Origin: Octopus sinensis
Taxonomy: Eukaryota
Length of the DNA: 64,000 nucleotides
NCBI RefSeq assembly: GCF_006345805.1
Contig: NW_021835972.1
Coordinates: 1-64,000 of the forward strand
Reading direction: 5' to 3'
Translations under genes and position numbers: made by a program
Shown: one piece after another, positions 41,637-54,795 of the stretch
Layout of the letters: each line of letters begins with the position of its first letter
Position numbering within the stretch: the first letter of the stretch is position 1
The notes under the pieces: model-generated
Seen by the model: only the letters and a program-made list of their open reading frames with translations
Databases searched by the model: none
What the model was told of the DNA's origin: nothing

Positions 41637-42451
41637 TAGTTATATCTATATATGTGTATATGTATGTGCGTATGTATGTAGATATATATGTATGTTTATA
41701 TATGTGTATATATATATATATATGTTTGAGTATATATATATGTGTGTGTGTGTGTGTATATAGGTACGTTTATATATATATATATATATAATCTTTCTCT
41801 CACACATATGTACACAAACACGTGAATGAAGAACGTAAGTAAGAAACAACAGCAACAACACCAACACCAACATCAGATAGAGAGAATAAACAAGAAATAA
41901 AATGCAGACCAAACAATCAAATATATAATAATCCATCAAACAATAAACGTAAATTTTAAGAGAAAAACATGTAAAATACCACTGCATCTGCAGCTCCCCC
42001 ACCCACATCCCTCCCCACCACACATACCCCCCCCCACATCCGCGCCCCACCCCACCTCCACATCTCCCAAAAAATAAGAAATATATATATATTGACTGTT
42101 ATTATTAGTAAAATAGTTGCTTTGTTGTCTTCTTTGGAAACAACAACAGCAGCAGCAGCAGCAGCAACAACAACAACAACAATAATAATAATGATAATAA
42201 TAATATTGATAATAATAATAATAATAATAATAAATATAACAAGGATAATAATAATAAGTATAATGATAATAATAATAATAATAATAATAAGTATAATGAT
42301 AATAATAATAATAATAAGTATAATGATAATAATAATAATAATAATAAATATAATGATAATAATAATAATAAAGATATAATAACAACAACAATAATAATAA
42401 TAATAATAATAATAAATATAACGATAATAATAATAATAAAGATATAACAAC

Positions 42452-42501
<50 letters not shown>

Positions 42502-43025
42502 TAACGATAATAATAATAATGATGATGATGATGATGATGATAACAAATTTATGTTCGTTTTATTTTGCTTTTTTGCTTTATGTAGGAGAAATTCCAATAT
42601 TTTCATTTTAACCCTTCTGACATTCCATATATCCTAGGTTTTATGGGAAGTTTCTCAAAGCAGTTAGCCAGTATTTTCTATTGTTGATTATTTCTGCAAA
42701 GTTCTCTCTCTCTCCCTCTCCTCTCTCTCTCTCTCTCCTCTCTCTCTCTCCTCCTTTCCTCTCTCTCTATTAATATTACTGTGTATTTGAAGGTGAGATG
42801 GTCTGGTAGTTAAATGAAGGGAGCTCAGTGTTGTCTCTCGTGGTCAACAGTTCAATTTGCTGCTGGCTGTTGAGAGCTGAACAGCATTTTCATTTCATTT
42901 CATTTAATTTTCGTATGCTTCATCGCTTCTTTGATTCACCTAGCTGTCTTTAGTTAGAGGTGTGATTCACCTTGCTGTCATCAGTGTGAGGTACAAACCA
43001 ACCCATTTGAGATTGTTATTAATGT

Positions 43026-44145
43026 AGGCACAGACGTGGCTGTATGGTTAAGAAGCGGTGAGCTGGCAGGAACGTTAGCACGCCGGGCGAAATGCGTAGC
43101 CGTATTTCATCTGCCGTTACGTCCTGAGTTCAAATTCCGCCGAGGTCGACTTTGCCTTTCATCTTTTCAGGGTCAATAAATTAAGTACCAGTTACACACT
43201 GGGTTCGATGTAATTGACTTAATACCTATGTCTGTCCTTGTTTGTCCCCTCTGTGTTTAGCCCCTTGTGGGCAATAAAGAAATAAGAAATGTTAGCACGC
43301 CGGGCGAAATGCTTAGTGGTATTTCATCTGCCGTTACGTTGTGATTCAAATTCCGCTGAGGTTGACTTTGCCTTTCATCCTTTCGGGGTCGATAAATTAA
43401 GTACCAGTTACACACTGGGTTCGATGTAATCGACTTAATTCCTATGTCTGTCCTTGTTTGTCCCCTCTGTGTTTAGCCCCTTGTGGGTAATAAAGAAATA
43501 GGTATGGTTAAGAAGCTTACTTCCCACTTGCATGTTTCAGGTGCACTCTCGCTCCATGTCTATCACATTAGCCCCTGGCTGACCAAAGCCTTGTGGGTTT
43601 TGTAGATGAAAACTGAAAGAAGCCCTTCGTATATGTACATGTGGTTGTGTCTCCTTATCTTGACCTTGTGTGATTGCTGTGAATGAATATCATTCATTCC
43701 CAATCTGCTGCAGTGCACATGTTCTGGCTGTGGGGAAATATTACCTTATTTGGAGGCAGGTAAGGGTTGGTGGCAGAAAGGGCACCTGACTGTAGTAAAT
43801 TTGCTTTGGTAAACTCCATCTGACCCATGCAAGCATGGAAAAAGTGGACATAAAAACAATGACCATGATGATTATGATGATGAAAGCCTTGTGGATTTAG
43901 TAGATGAAAACTGAAAGAAGCCCTTCGTATATGTTTTTGTCCCCTTGTCTTGACGTCATGTGATTGTTTTGAATGAATGTCATTCATTCCCAGTCTGCTG
44001 CAATACACATGTTCTGGCCATGGGGAAAATATTACCTTATTTGGAGACAGGTAAGGGTTGGTGACAGAAGGGGCACCTGACTGTAGCAAATTTTCCTTGG
44101 TGAACTCTATCTAACTCATGCAAGCATGACGATTATGATGATGTT
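43026..44145 (+). mobile_element. Family D SINE (B-type head, C-type tail) with nested family A dimer (43054-43500) and a tandem partial duplicate (43883-44145)
   Basis: TSD gtatggttaagaagc around the A dimer; duplicated body starting aaagccttgtgg. Confidence 0.8.
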
Positions 44146-44857
44146 ACTTGTAAGAGACTGGATATTCTCGTCAGGGAGAAAAAAAATGTTCCCTCTTAAT
44201 TATTTATCACTATGAAACCCGGACCTAAGCTCTGACCTGTACCCTACCCCTGCCACCCTGCTCCCATCAGACTATGGAATTATTTTCTTATCTGTGATTT
44301 TTAATCTTTTAACTCATAGTTCTTTTTTTAATTTGAATCTGTTTGGATATTTCTGTAAGTGGTTATATTTAATTTTATCAGTTGGGAGTTATATTTTTGG
44401 TTTCCATGTATGTATATATATGTGTGTGTATGTACATATGTATGTAGTGTTTGTGTGTATACATAAGTATGTATGTATGTATGTGCACTTTTATGTATGT
44501 ATGTATGTATGTATGTATGTATGTACATACAAGTAATTCTATTTGACTTATTTTTGTGTTAATTATCTTTTAATTTGATTATCACTGTAGTTCATTAAAA
44601 TTGATTTTTCTTCTTTTATTAATAGTAAGTTTTATTTCTGATTTGGTATATGTGTGACTATCACTGTGCTGGAACAATGGCTGTTTGTTTAAGAACTTTG
44701 CTTTACAACCACATGGTTCCTGGTTCAATCTTACTGTGTGATACCTTGTGCATTTTCTCTCATAGTATCGAGCTGGCTTATGCCTTCTGAGTGGAAACTA
44801 GTAGGAAGAAGTTGTGCAGGAAAAAAAAAACCTGGTGCATATTTATATATATATATT

Positions 44858-45063
44858 ATGGAGATGTACTTGCTTAGCAAGTGACTTGATTTGAGATCAT
44901 GTGCTGGAACGAAAACAATTGCAGCATGTAAGGTGTTTATAAGCCATTTAAGAAACACACAAAACCCGTTAGATTCACTTCAACACTTAAATTTAATTTG
45001 TCAAAATATTTTCGTCACTTTGAGACCACGACCTGTTCACTGATAAAATTCTGTGCTGCATCT

Positions 45064-45066
<3 letters not shown>
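44858..45066 (-). mobile_element. Short insertion in (TA)n with an atypical hammerhead-like fold
   Basis: Minus 44998-45046: ttatca GTGAACAG gtcgt..gtgac GAAA atattt tgacaa. Confidence 0.45.
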
Positions 45067-45100
<34 letters not shown>

Positions 45101-45131
45101 CAAGAAAAAAGCAACAAGAATGGATTAGTAG

Positions 45132-45220
45132 TTTAGTACAATTGTTTCATACTAAGAGCAATTTTATTTGAAGCTGCAAATATTGCAGCAAATACAAATG
45201 TCCAGTATTCATCAGCTAAA
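45132..45220 (-). ncRNA. Type I hammerhead ribozyme with canonical core
   Basis: tttag CTGATGA atact ..long loop.. agtat GAAAC aatt GTA ctaaa; stem I tttag/ctaaa, stem II atact/agtat, palindromic stem III acaattgt; adjacent to (TA)n. Confidence 0.82.
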
Positions 45221-45579
45221 TCACATATATGTTTTCCAGACATCCTAGAGAGTTTGATTATCCTCATGAAGTATTAGGAGTGAGTTCTATGAAATTTACA
45301 GTCAAATTATAAGCAGACTTAAGATGCTTTCTAATGATGCACAGTTTTATAAAACCATTCCCTTTTCATGTTAGTCGTTGTTTTAACTTTTTGATGTATG
45401 TTTATTTTGGCATTGTTTTGTGATAACACATCTTCCATCATTATTTTATTAATACACCACGAGCATGTAAACCCAAGAGCCAAAAAGTGTATGCAAAAAT
45501 TAAACAATTGAAAAAAATTTTAAACCTGAAATTCTGTTTGTTCATCCATCCAGGATCTCTGTATCTCAGTCTACATTTA

Positions 45580-45800
45580 CCTATCCTTAAATCCTTAAAA
45601 ATGTTTTAGCCTGAAGGCCGCGGCCATGCTGGGGCACTACCGCTGAATGAGCTACACTAATATGTGAATCCACCTCTGATACGTGGCACTTGGTCAACAA
45701 GGGAGTTCGATGCCGCTGCCCGCATCTGTGTCTCCTGTCGTGAGGTAGGTTCATCTGGGACCCCCAACAAGAAGAGATCCAGTTTAGTTTTAAAGGAACT
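45580..45800 (-). mobile_element. CR1-group LINE 3' end
   Basis: SFKTKLDLFLLGVPDEPT..RAAASNSLVDQ, then 3' UTR gccccagcatggccgcggcc and (tttaagga)2. Confidence 0.75.
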
Positions 45801-46953
45801 ATGTAGACACATTATATCTTTTTGGAATTGGGATGATCCCAGGATTGAAAATCTACCATTCATTTGTTTCTTGAACATCCAGCATTGGGATTAGGTCTGG
45901 GGTCAAATTTGTTGTATGCTATCAGTTGAAAATTCAAATTTTAAAAGAACTCCAAAAATTTGTGATTTTAGAAGTTTTTCATTTAAACTGAATTTAAAGT
46001 AATGCCATATTGGTAGGGTAATACCTTATTGGTAGGGTACCAATAAATGCATTATTATTATTGTGCTCCTTAAGTTTTGGGCAGCAGACCCCAATTAGTC
46101 CTTTGCAAGAGCTAGCTTAAAAGTCTGCACTGATTGTGGCTTTTAAGCTGCTATTTCATATGAGGTATGATCAAGTGTTTTTGTATTTGCTGTCCCTTTC
46201 TCCTGCCATACAACGCTTTACTTGAAGGAGGTAAATTTATCAATAGTTGAGATTCACTAGATGGAAACTGAAAGAAGCCCATTGTATATATGTATTCGTA
46301 TTTGTGTTGTTGTTGTCTTAACATGATGTGATATGTCACTGCCATGCAAGCAGTGTCATTTTCAATATTCTTTGAGAACTTGTGTTTGGCCTTGGAGAAG
46401 TATTACTCGCTCGGAAACAGGAAGGGCATCCGACTACAGAAAAATCTTCCTCAATGAATTAATAAACTCTGTCTGACCCATGCTAGCATGTAAACGCAGA
46501 CATTAAAAGATCAGCGATGATGATTGATGTTGATGTCGGATGTTGTAGTTTTGACAGAGAGATTTGAGTGCTATTTCTAGCCGGGTCATCGTTGCAGCCA
46601 CTTTGATGCACCCTGGTCGGTTTGTAAACGATGTTCGTAGGTGTGTTTTCTGCATAAGTATAGCAGAGCTGTAGCTGTTGCTGGAATCAATATATTTTGG
46701 AACAGGATGGGAAAGTGGGGGCGGGGTGAGAAAGAGGAGGTACGGGAGGGGAGGAGGGCAGGAGTCGAAGCTGCATAAATTTCCTTCATTTTTTTTTTAT
46801 TTCTTCCTCCCCAAATGCTACATTTAGAATGTTTAATGCATTTCTTTATTTGACACATGTGGTGTTTCTTGCATTTTGCTTTGCATTCACACATTACTAT
46901 TATTATCATTATTATCATTATCATTATTATTATTATCAATATTACACATTACT

Positions 46954-47000
<47 letters not shown>

Positions 47001-47040
47001 CATTATTATTATCATTATTATTATTATTATTATTATTACA

Positions 47041-47079
<39 letters not shown>

Positions 47080-47122
47080 CATCATCATCATTATTATCAT
47101 TATTGTTATTATTATTATTACA

Positions 47123-47159
<37 letters not shown>

Positions 47160-47764
47160 TTTTTATTTTTTTATTTTGTGAGTTTATATTTTTTCCGTTC
47201 CTCACTCGGAAGTGTGGGAAGAAAGCAAAACAGGAAATGTAAAAGTAAAAAGGCAAAAAAAAAACACCTCCCCAAAAAAACAAACAAACAAACAAAAAAA
47301 AAATGCAAAATAAAGAGAAAAGAAAGAAAAGAAAAGAGTAGATATTTAGTGTTAGTATGGCTAAAGTGTTTTAAAAATAACAAACAGTATATTTCTCATC
47401 ATATTATTTATTATTTTGTCTGTCTGTTAGTCTACAATCCGTTTGTCTATCTCTCTGTCTATTTATTTCTCGCTCTGTTTTTTTTTTTTTTTTTGGATTT
47501 ACCTGTCCGTTTGTCTATATTCACCAGAATTTACTTTATATAGACTGTTGTGTAAGCGTGTGTCTGTATACAGTAAAAGCAAAACCAGTGACATTCGACA
47601 TGCTTTTCCTCGTATCTCACCCAATATTACGTAAACAAGAAATATTATTTTACCCAGTGTTACATAACCGAATAATTTTTCTAAAAGAACCAAAAAAAAA
47701 AACAAAAGCAAAAAAACCAACAGAAATTTCTTTTCTTTTCTCCTCTGCATTCGTGGTCACTGTT

Positions 47765-48375
47765 TGAATCTATTATTGAGAATGCTATTATAGCTGCTAA
47801 TTGCTATCAGAAAGAAATTATTTTCCTCTGCAGCTTTATACGTCTGTGTTTGTGTGTATGTGTGTGTATGTGAGAATGAATTTTTTTTTTTCTAGGTCTA
47901 TGTCCGATATTTGAATTTATTGAGAATACTTATGTAGCCACCAATTGCTATCAGAAAGAAATTATTTTCCTCTCTACCTATATACGTGTGTGTATGTGTG
48001 TGTGTGTGTGTGTGGAGGAATTTTTTTCTACATATATGGTCAATATTTGAATTTATTGAAAATACTTATGTAGCCACCAATTGCTATCAGAAAGAAATTA
48101 AGGATATGATGGTGGTGGTGGTGGTGATGATGATGATGATGTGTGTGTGTGTGTGGAGGAATTTTTTTCTACATATATGGTCAATATTTGAATTTATTGA
48201 AAATACTAGTATCGCTGCTAATTGCTATCAGAAAGAAATTATTTCTCTCTGTACTTATATACTTTGTGTGTGTGAATGAATTTTTTTCTCCATATGTGCT
48301 AGGTGTTTGAAATTTATTCTTGCACTACCAACTACTATTATTATAATAACTACCAATATCAGAAGGAAATTGTGT
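47765..48375. repeat. About 5 diverged ~120-150-bp tandem units
   Basis: Recurrent tttgaatttattga.aatact..aattgctatcagaaagaaatt. Confidence 0.8.
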
Positions 48376-49427
48376 TGCTATGTAATTATGTCCGTGAACG
48401 TGTGTTTTTTTATTATTATTTTTGAGGTTTTTTTTTATTATTATTTTTGAGGGTTTTTTTTTCTGTATTTTGCTGCATTTCATTTCTTGTGTAACAAGTT
48501 TCATTTTGATTCAATTCAATTCAATTCCTTTTTCTATTACATTTTGCTTTTAATATAACTCATTTTGTTTTCATTATAACCTGTAATTCACCTCAGACAA
48601 TTGCCAAAAAAAAAAAGAAAAAAAAAAAAGAAAAAAAGAAGAAAAAAGAAAGGAAAAAAAAACTGGAGGAAAAAAAAAAGAAGCAAATCTTTTATTTTGG
48701 TTAATAAGTGTTGGTAAAAGAAATTTAGACTCACTAGCTTCAGTAGTTTCTGAGTTGGCAGAGTGAGCACTGAAGCAGTAAATCAATCAATCAACCAATC
48801 GCTCAATCAATCAATCAATCAATCAATCAATGAAGCAAACAAGCAAACAAAATGGTTACTAAGAGTGGCTTCTAAGTTTTTAGTGGTTGGTTATGTTAAT
48901 AGTGGTGAATGGTGGTCATACTACATGGTATGAGAGTCATTAGGCCTGCTGTGAAAAGACGTAATATCTAATGTATTCAGAGCCATTCATTAAAGTATGA
49001 TAGAATATGTTTATTGTCTCTATCTCTGTGTTCACCTATCTTTCAGCTGTCTTCCTACCCATTTAAATCTCTATCCAACTATTTTCTCTCTCTCTGTGCT
49101 TCCATATTTATATGCTTGTACATGTTCATTATCTGCCATGCCTCACATTTGCTTCTCTATATGTCTCTGTCTGCTTGTCTGTTTGTCCATCCAACCATTC
49201 TTTGACTGTCTGGCTATCGATTTATATATCTAGCTATCTATCATTTCCTCTCTCATTCTATCCATCTACATAACGTATTTCCGTCCACTGGTACATGTCT
49301 ACCTGTCCATTGTCCTTTCATCAATGTATTTGTCCATCATAGCTTTTCCATTTAACAATCCGGCTTTCCTCTCTTCCATCCAGCTACCTATCTATCTAGC
49401 CATCCATTCATCTAGCCAGCCGTTTCA

Positions 49428-49995
49428 TATCAGGTTTGTACAGAGATGATGGCTTAACAATTTCAAGTATACATGAATAGTTGCACTGTAGTTAGATTTT
49501 GAAAATTTTAAGGAAGTTTGGCATTGATATAACTCTTACCACCAACCTAACCATGGTCAGCTTCATGGGCATTACCTTAATCTCCAAGACCAACAAATTC
49601 TATCACCAGAGAAAACCTTATGGTGAAAACATATAATATTCATCGTAATCCAAATCACTTCTTGAGCAATAATTTAGAATTTAGTTGTTGGTATTTGTAG
49701 AAGAACCCTAATTTATCCTCTGTGACAGAATTCTTTGATAGAGCTGTACCCCATCACCACAAACTGTTAATGAGGAGTGACTTTAATAAGAATTTAGAAT
49801 GCTTTTAGTCCCCTCCACCACCATACTTCCATCAGATGTGTTAGAAAAAGGAATATAAACTATTTCAATCCTCCATTTAACTTAGATGTCTCTAAGAACT
49901 AGCCATCTCACTTTTATCTCTAATTAGGCAATGCTCCCCAAACACATGCCACCAGTTTAAACCTATCTTTATCAATGTATGTTGAATTATACATA
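49428..49995 (+). pseudogene. Penelope-like reverse transcriptase remnant (Naiad-like)
   Basis: SGLYRDDGL at 49430-49456, FGIDITLTTNLTMVSFMGITL, RKP, RKRNINYFNPPFNLDVSKN at 49843-49899; stops and frameshifts. Confidence 0.85.
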
Positions 49996-50269
49996 GATAT
50001 ATACAAGATTTACACAGATGTAAGAGTTAGAACTTGTGATCTGCCCATGGACCTTTTTCTTTGTAAATTTTTGCCTGCCGCACTAAATAGTTTCCCCCAC
50101 CCCTGGTTTATACCGTTCCATAAACTTTACTGAAATTTTTAACTTCACTTGAATTTGAAAGGAAAGCGAAGGTGATTACTCTTGCTCGTAAAGTCAGTAC
50201 CCCCTCTCAGGTAGAAGCTGTTGCCAGTCACTGAGATAGCGATTCCATGATGTGACCCTAAATGGCCCC

Positions 50270-50620
50270 ATCATCATCATTGTTCGACCATGGTCGAGAC
50301 AATGGAATTTACCATGCTACGCCAGACTTCACGGTCCATCATAGCCTTACGGATGTCCTGTTGCTGGATGCCTGTATCCCTGGAGATTACATCAGGGTAG
50401 GAGAGTGTGCACCCTCTGGTATCGCGAGTAGATTGCTTCCAGAGGAGAAGAGTAGAAATTGCTTCGTTTTTCTGCTCTACAACAATGTCCAGCAAACTGG
50501 ACTCTCCTAGATTTCACAAGAGATGACACAGGTGGTAGTTTCCCATATATTTGCATTTTGGTTGGATGACGCTTCCATGAGAGATTTTGAGCTCTCATAA
50601 GGAGGCGAGTGTAGGTTCCG
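50270..50620 (-). mobile_element. RTE-clade LINE 3' end with (GAT)n tail
   Basis: TYTRLLMRAQNLSWKRHPTKMQIYGKLPPVS..RRVQFAGHCCR..LLLW..MMDREVWR. Confidence 0.85.
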
Positions 50621-52744
50621 AGCCAAGACACTCAAGGTATCACAAGGTGGACACAGAACTTGAAACCATGTGCTTGAGAAGAAAACTTCTTACTATTCAT
50701 CCTTGCTTGCCTGTGCCTATATCATCCTCATCATCATCATCCTCATCATTATTTAATGTCCGTTGTCCGTGCTGGCATGGGTTGGACGGTTTGACCCGGC
50801 TGGCACATTGGAAGGCTGCGCCAAGATCCAGTCTGATTTGGCATGCTTTTCTATGCTGGATGCCCTTCCTAACACCAACCACTCTGAGAGTGTAATGGGT
50901 GCTTTAATGTGCTGGTGGCATGGGTGCGCTTTGCATGACACCGGGTTCTTTTATGTACTACTGGCATGGGTGCCAATTTCCATGACACCAGTATCTGCCA
51001 CAACTGCAATTTTGCTTGGCTTGGCGCTTCCACGAGAGATTTTTAGCTCTCATAAGGAGGCGAGTGTAGGTTCCATCCGACTGCCTCTCAAACTTCTTCT
51101 AAATGGCCCCCACTTACTAACTAATAATAGTCGGGCTTATTTAGAGGCAGCGACTAATCCATCACTCGGGTTTTAAGCATCTGGTTCATCAGATGATCAA
51201 ACATGCTTTTTGTGCCTGTGAAAGTTTAGAAGTAAAGCAAATTCCGAGTCAAGTTGTTAATGGCTGTGCATGTGTGTACACACAGACACTTACACTGTGT
51301 GTGTGTGTCTGTGTGTTTATCTTAACCTTTTGGCGTTCATCCTATTAGTATCACATTCAGTTACCCAATTTTCTTTCAATACTTCCCTGCCTTGCCTTAG
51401 CTTGCTTCTCACCCTTTCTCTCTCTCTCTCCGCCTCTTTCTCCCAACATCTGTGCTTTAGTCCCTCTCTCTCTCTCTCTCTTTCTCTCACACTATGTCAT
51501 CTGCTTTCCCTTCCTCTCCTCCTACCTTTCTTCTGCAGTGAGGAATGGGTAACCATAATTGATCTTAAATCGAGGTTCAGTGTTTTTGGCGCTGAGCCAA
51601 GTAGTAAATAAAGGTCAGTCTTAACGAAAATGGTTAACCGATACCATACAGCCATTCTTTATGTTTCTGTCTCTTCATCTTTGTTTTTTTTTTTTTTGCT
51701 TTTGTTTTTTGTTTGCTTTTGTTTTGTTTTTGGAACAAGCCCAGGATTTCCTCGCTTCATCCCCTAGTTTGTCTTGTGCCGCAATGACATTGCCATTCCT
51801 TGCTTAAATAAATAAATAAGTAAATAAATAAAAATGCCTGATTACTGAAAGATTATCTCCCCCCATCCCCGTTCCTGACATGGCCATCATAAATTTTAAG
51901 TTGCCAAAATTATTTTTGGATTTTCTTAAACTTTTAAGTTTCCTACAGAGAGAGAGAGTGAGGTGGGAGCAAGGGGTGAAAGAGAGGGGAGGGGGGACAA
52001 AGAAACCAAGATAACAGAAAAGAAAAGGAAACGACAAAAAAACAAACAAACAAGCAACAAAAACAAAAAGGAAGCGAGGTTAGATCTGTTGGGGGTTGAA
52101 TTTTTTTTTTTTCATTTTAGGTCGACGTCAAATCTGACTTGGTTTCACAGCGAGAACAAAGTACCAAATCGGAAGCAAGCGATAAAAGTAAAAAAATAAA
52201 TAAATAAACAAATAAATAAATAAATAAATTTATAAACGAAATAAATAAATAAATAAATAAATAAATAAATACAGAAAGAAAGAAAGAAAGAAGGAAATTT
52301 ACCAAAAGTTGTCCGTCTAAAAATAAATCCATTTGCCTTGTCATTGCCAATTGTTTGCCAACAAAAGAAATGTAGTGCATATTGAGTTTGGCTGGTTTCC
52401 ATATTAGCATTATTATTATTATTATTATTATTATTATCATTATTGTTATTATTATTATTATTATTGTTATTAGTAGTAATAGTAGTAGTTGTAGTTGTTG
52501 TTATCTGTATTTGAAAGATATTAGTGAAAACGACTGAGTGACCGATTGCTTCTCCGTGTCCAGTTGTCCACTTTCCCTTTCCTCTTTAATAAAATATGTA
52601 ACTGCATTGACAAATAGAAAAAAAATCACAAACAAAGTGAAATGAAAACCAAATCGAACTAATAATACAGTCTTTGATAATCTCTTATGATGTTATATCT
52701 CTTTGATAGATTCATCCAGATCTGTTATGTCTCTTACCATTTAT

Positions 52745-53127
52745 CTTTTGTACTTGTTTCGGTCAGTGACACTGCGGCCATGCTGGAGCCACCACCTTGA
52801 AAGGGGTTTCGTCAAACAGATGGATCAATCCTAGTTCCTTTCTTGGGGTTTTTTTTGTTTTTTAATATTTAAGCCTGTTACTTATTGTGTCGCTCTCTTA
52901 GGTCGAACTGCTAAGTTACGGTATGTAAAGAAATGAATACCAGCTGTGAAGCGGTGTGTGCGTGTCTGTGTGTGTGTGTGACAAATACATGGACACATAT
53001 ATAATCACTCACGCACACACAATATATATATATATATATATATATACAATGGGCTTCCTTTCGGTTTCTGTCTGCCAAATCCACTCACAAGGTTTTGATT
53101 GGTCCAAGGCTGTAGTAGAAGACACTC
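52745..53127 (-). mobile_element. SINE family B, diverged and 5'-truncated
   Basis: Tail and body similarity to family B. Confidence 0.7.
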
Positions 53128-53129
53128 AA

Positions 53130-53433
53130 TCATCATCATCATCATTGTTCGACCATGGTCGAGACAATGGAATTTACCATGCTACGCCAGAATTCACGGT
53201 CCATCATAGCATTACGGAGGTCCTGTTGCTGGATGCCTGTATCCCTGGAGATTACATCAGGATAGGAGAGTGTGCGCCCTCTGGTATCGCGAGTAGATGG
53301 CTTCCAGAGGAGAAGAGTAGAAATTGCCTTGTTTTCAGCTCTACAGCAATGTCCTGCAAACTGGACTCTCCTACCTTTCACAAGAGATGACACAGGTGGT
53401 AGTTTCCCATATATTTGCATTTTGGTTGGATGA
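53130..53433 (-). mobile_element. Second copy of the RTE 3' end
   Basis: Highly similar to 50270-50570. Confidence 0.85.
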
Positions 53434-54300
53434 CCTAACACCAACCACTCTGAGAGTGTAATGGGTGCTTTAACATGCTGGTGGCACAGGTGCCCTTTGC
53501 ATGACACTGGGGTTCTTTTATGTACCACTGACATGGTTGCCAATTTCCAATGACACCAGTATCTGTCACGACTGCAATTTTGCTTGGCTTGATGGGTTTT
53601 CTTCTCAAGCACAGCATAATGCCAAAGGTCTTGGTCATTGCCTCCATGAGGCCCAACACTTGAAAGGAACTCAGCCACTTTGCTTGCCTCTGTGAGGCCC
53701 AATACTCAAAAGGTTCCCTCTCAGCAACCCTACAATATCATCATCATCATCATCATCGTTTAACGTCCATTCTCCATGCTAGCATGGGTTGGACGGTTCG
53801 ACCGGGGGATCTGGGAAGCCAGAAGGCTGCACCAGGCTCCGGTCTTATCTGGCAATGTTTCTACAGCTGGATGCCCTTCCTAACGCCAACCACTCCGTGA
53901 GTGTAGTGGGTGCTTTTTATTCTAAAAATTAACAGTTTCCTCATAAAAATCTCAAAGCTATATGAAAGTGCAGTGGAGGCAGAAGGGACTTGCAAACCAT
54001 TCCACGTTGATTACAGGTCCCTTGCAAGACACAACCCTGCCATGCCATGTTCCTGCTATAACGGGAACAGGTTAACCGTTCAGCATTCACATTATTTTCT
54101 CCAAAGTAATGCTTATTTATTCACGTTCTCTTGAATTAATCATGCATTATCCTGTAGCTTTGAGATTTTGTTGAGGGAGCTTAATTTTTAGAATTATATT
54201 GTAAGGTTGCTGAGAGAGGCCAGATCCCAGCAGTTTGAACATAAAACTACTTCAGTCATCATCATCATGATCATCACCCCAATTCTTTATTATTATTATT

Positions 54301-54754
54301 GAGTGAGAGAGCTGTTCATGCCATCAAAGTGACACTGGGGTAAAATATACAAAGCCCAGTATACCCATCATGACTACCCGTCTGGTGATAAGGGTGCACC
54401 AGGCAGATGCATCACAACCATATGTGCATGACATGGTGATCTCATATGAAGATAACCAGCGCATGACCTTGCAGGTGGAGCCCAATTAGAATTTTCTTCT
54501 GGTTGAGTTGGCCATCCCGCTCAAAAGCTCCCTGAATAAGGATTGTTTAAGGATGTTGAACGAACCACCCCTGTTTCCAGAGGTGAATTATCCAAACCTC
54601 CAAGAATTCCTTTCAACACATGGCTATGATGCTCCCCAACTACTTCTGCTTGTGACCAGAGAGGCACATATCGTTAGCCACTAAGGGGCATACTCAACTG
54701 GTTAAGGTCAAACAACTGACAAGCAAATCTGTGGTATTGAGCAGAATATTTGCT

Positions 54755-54795
<41 letters not shown>

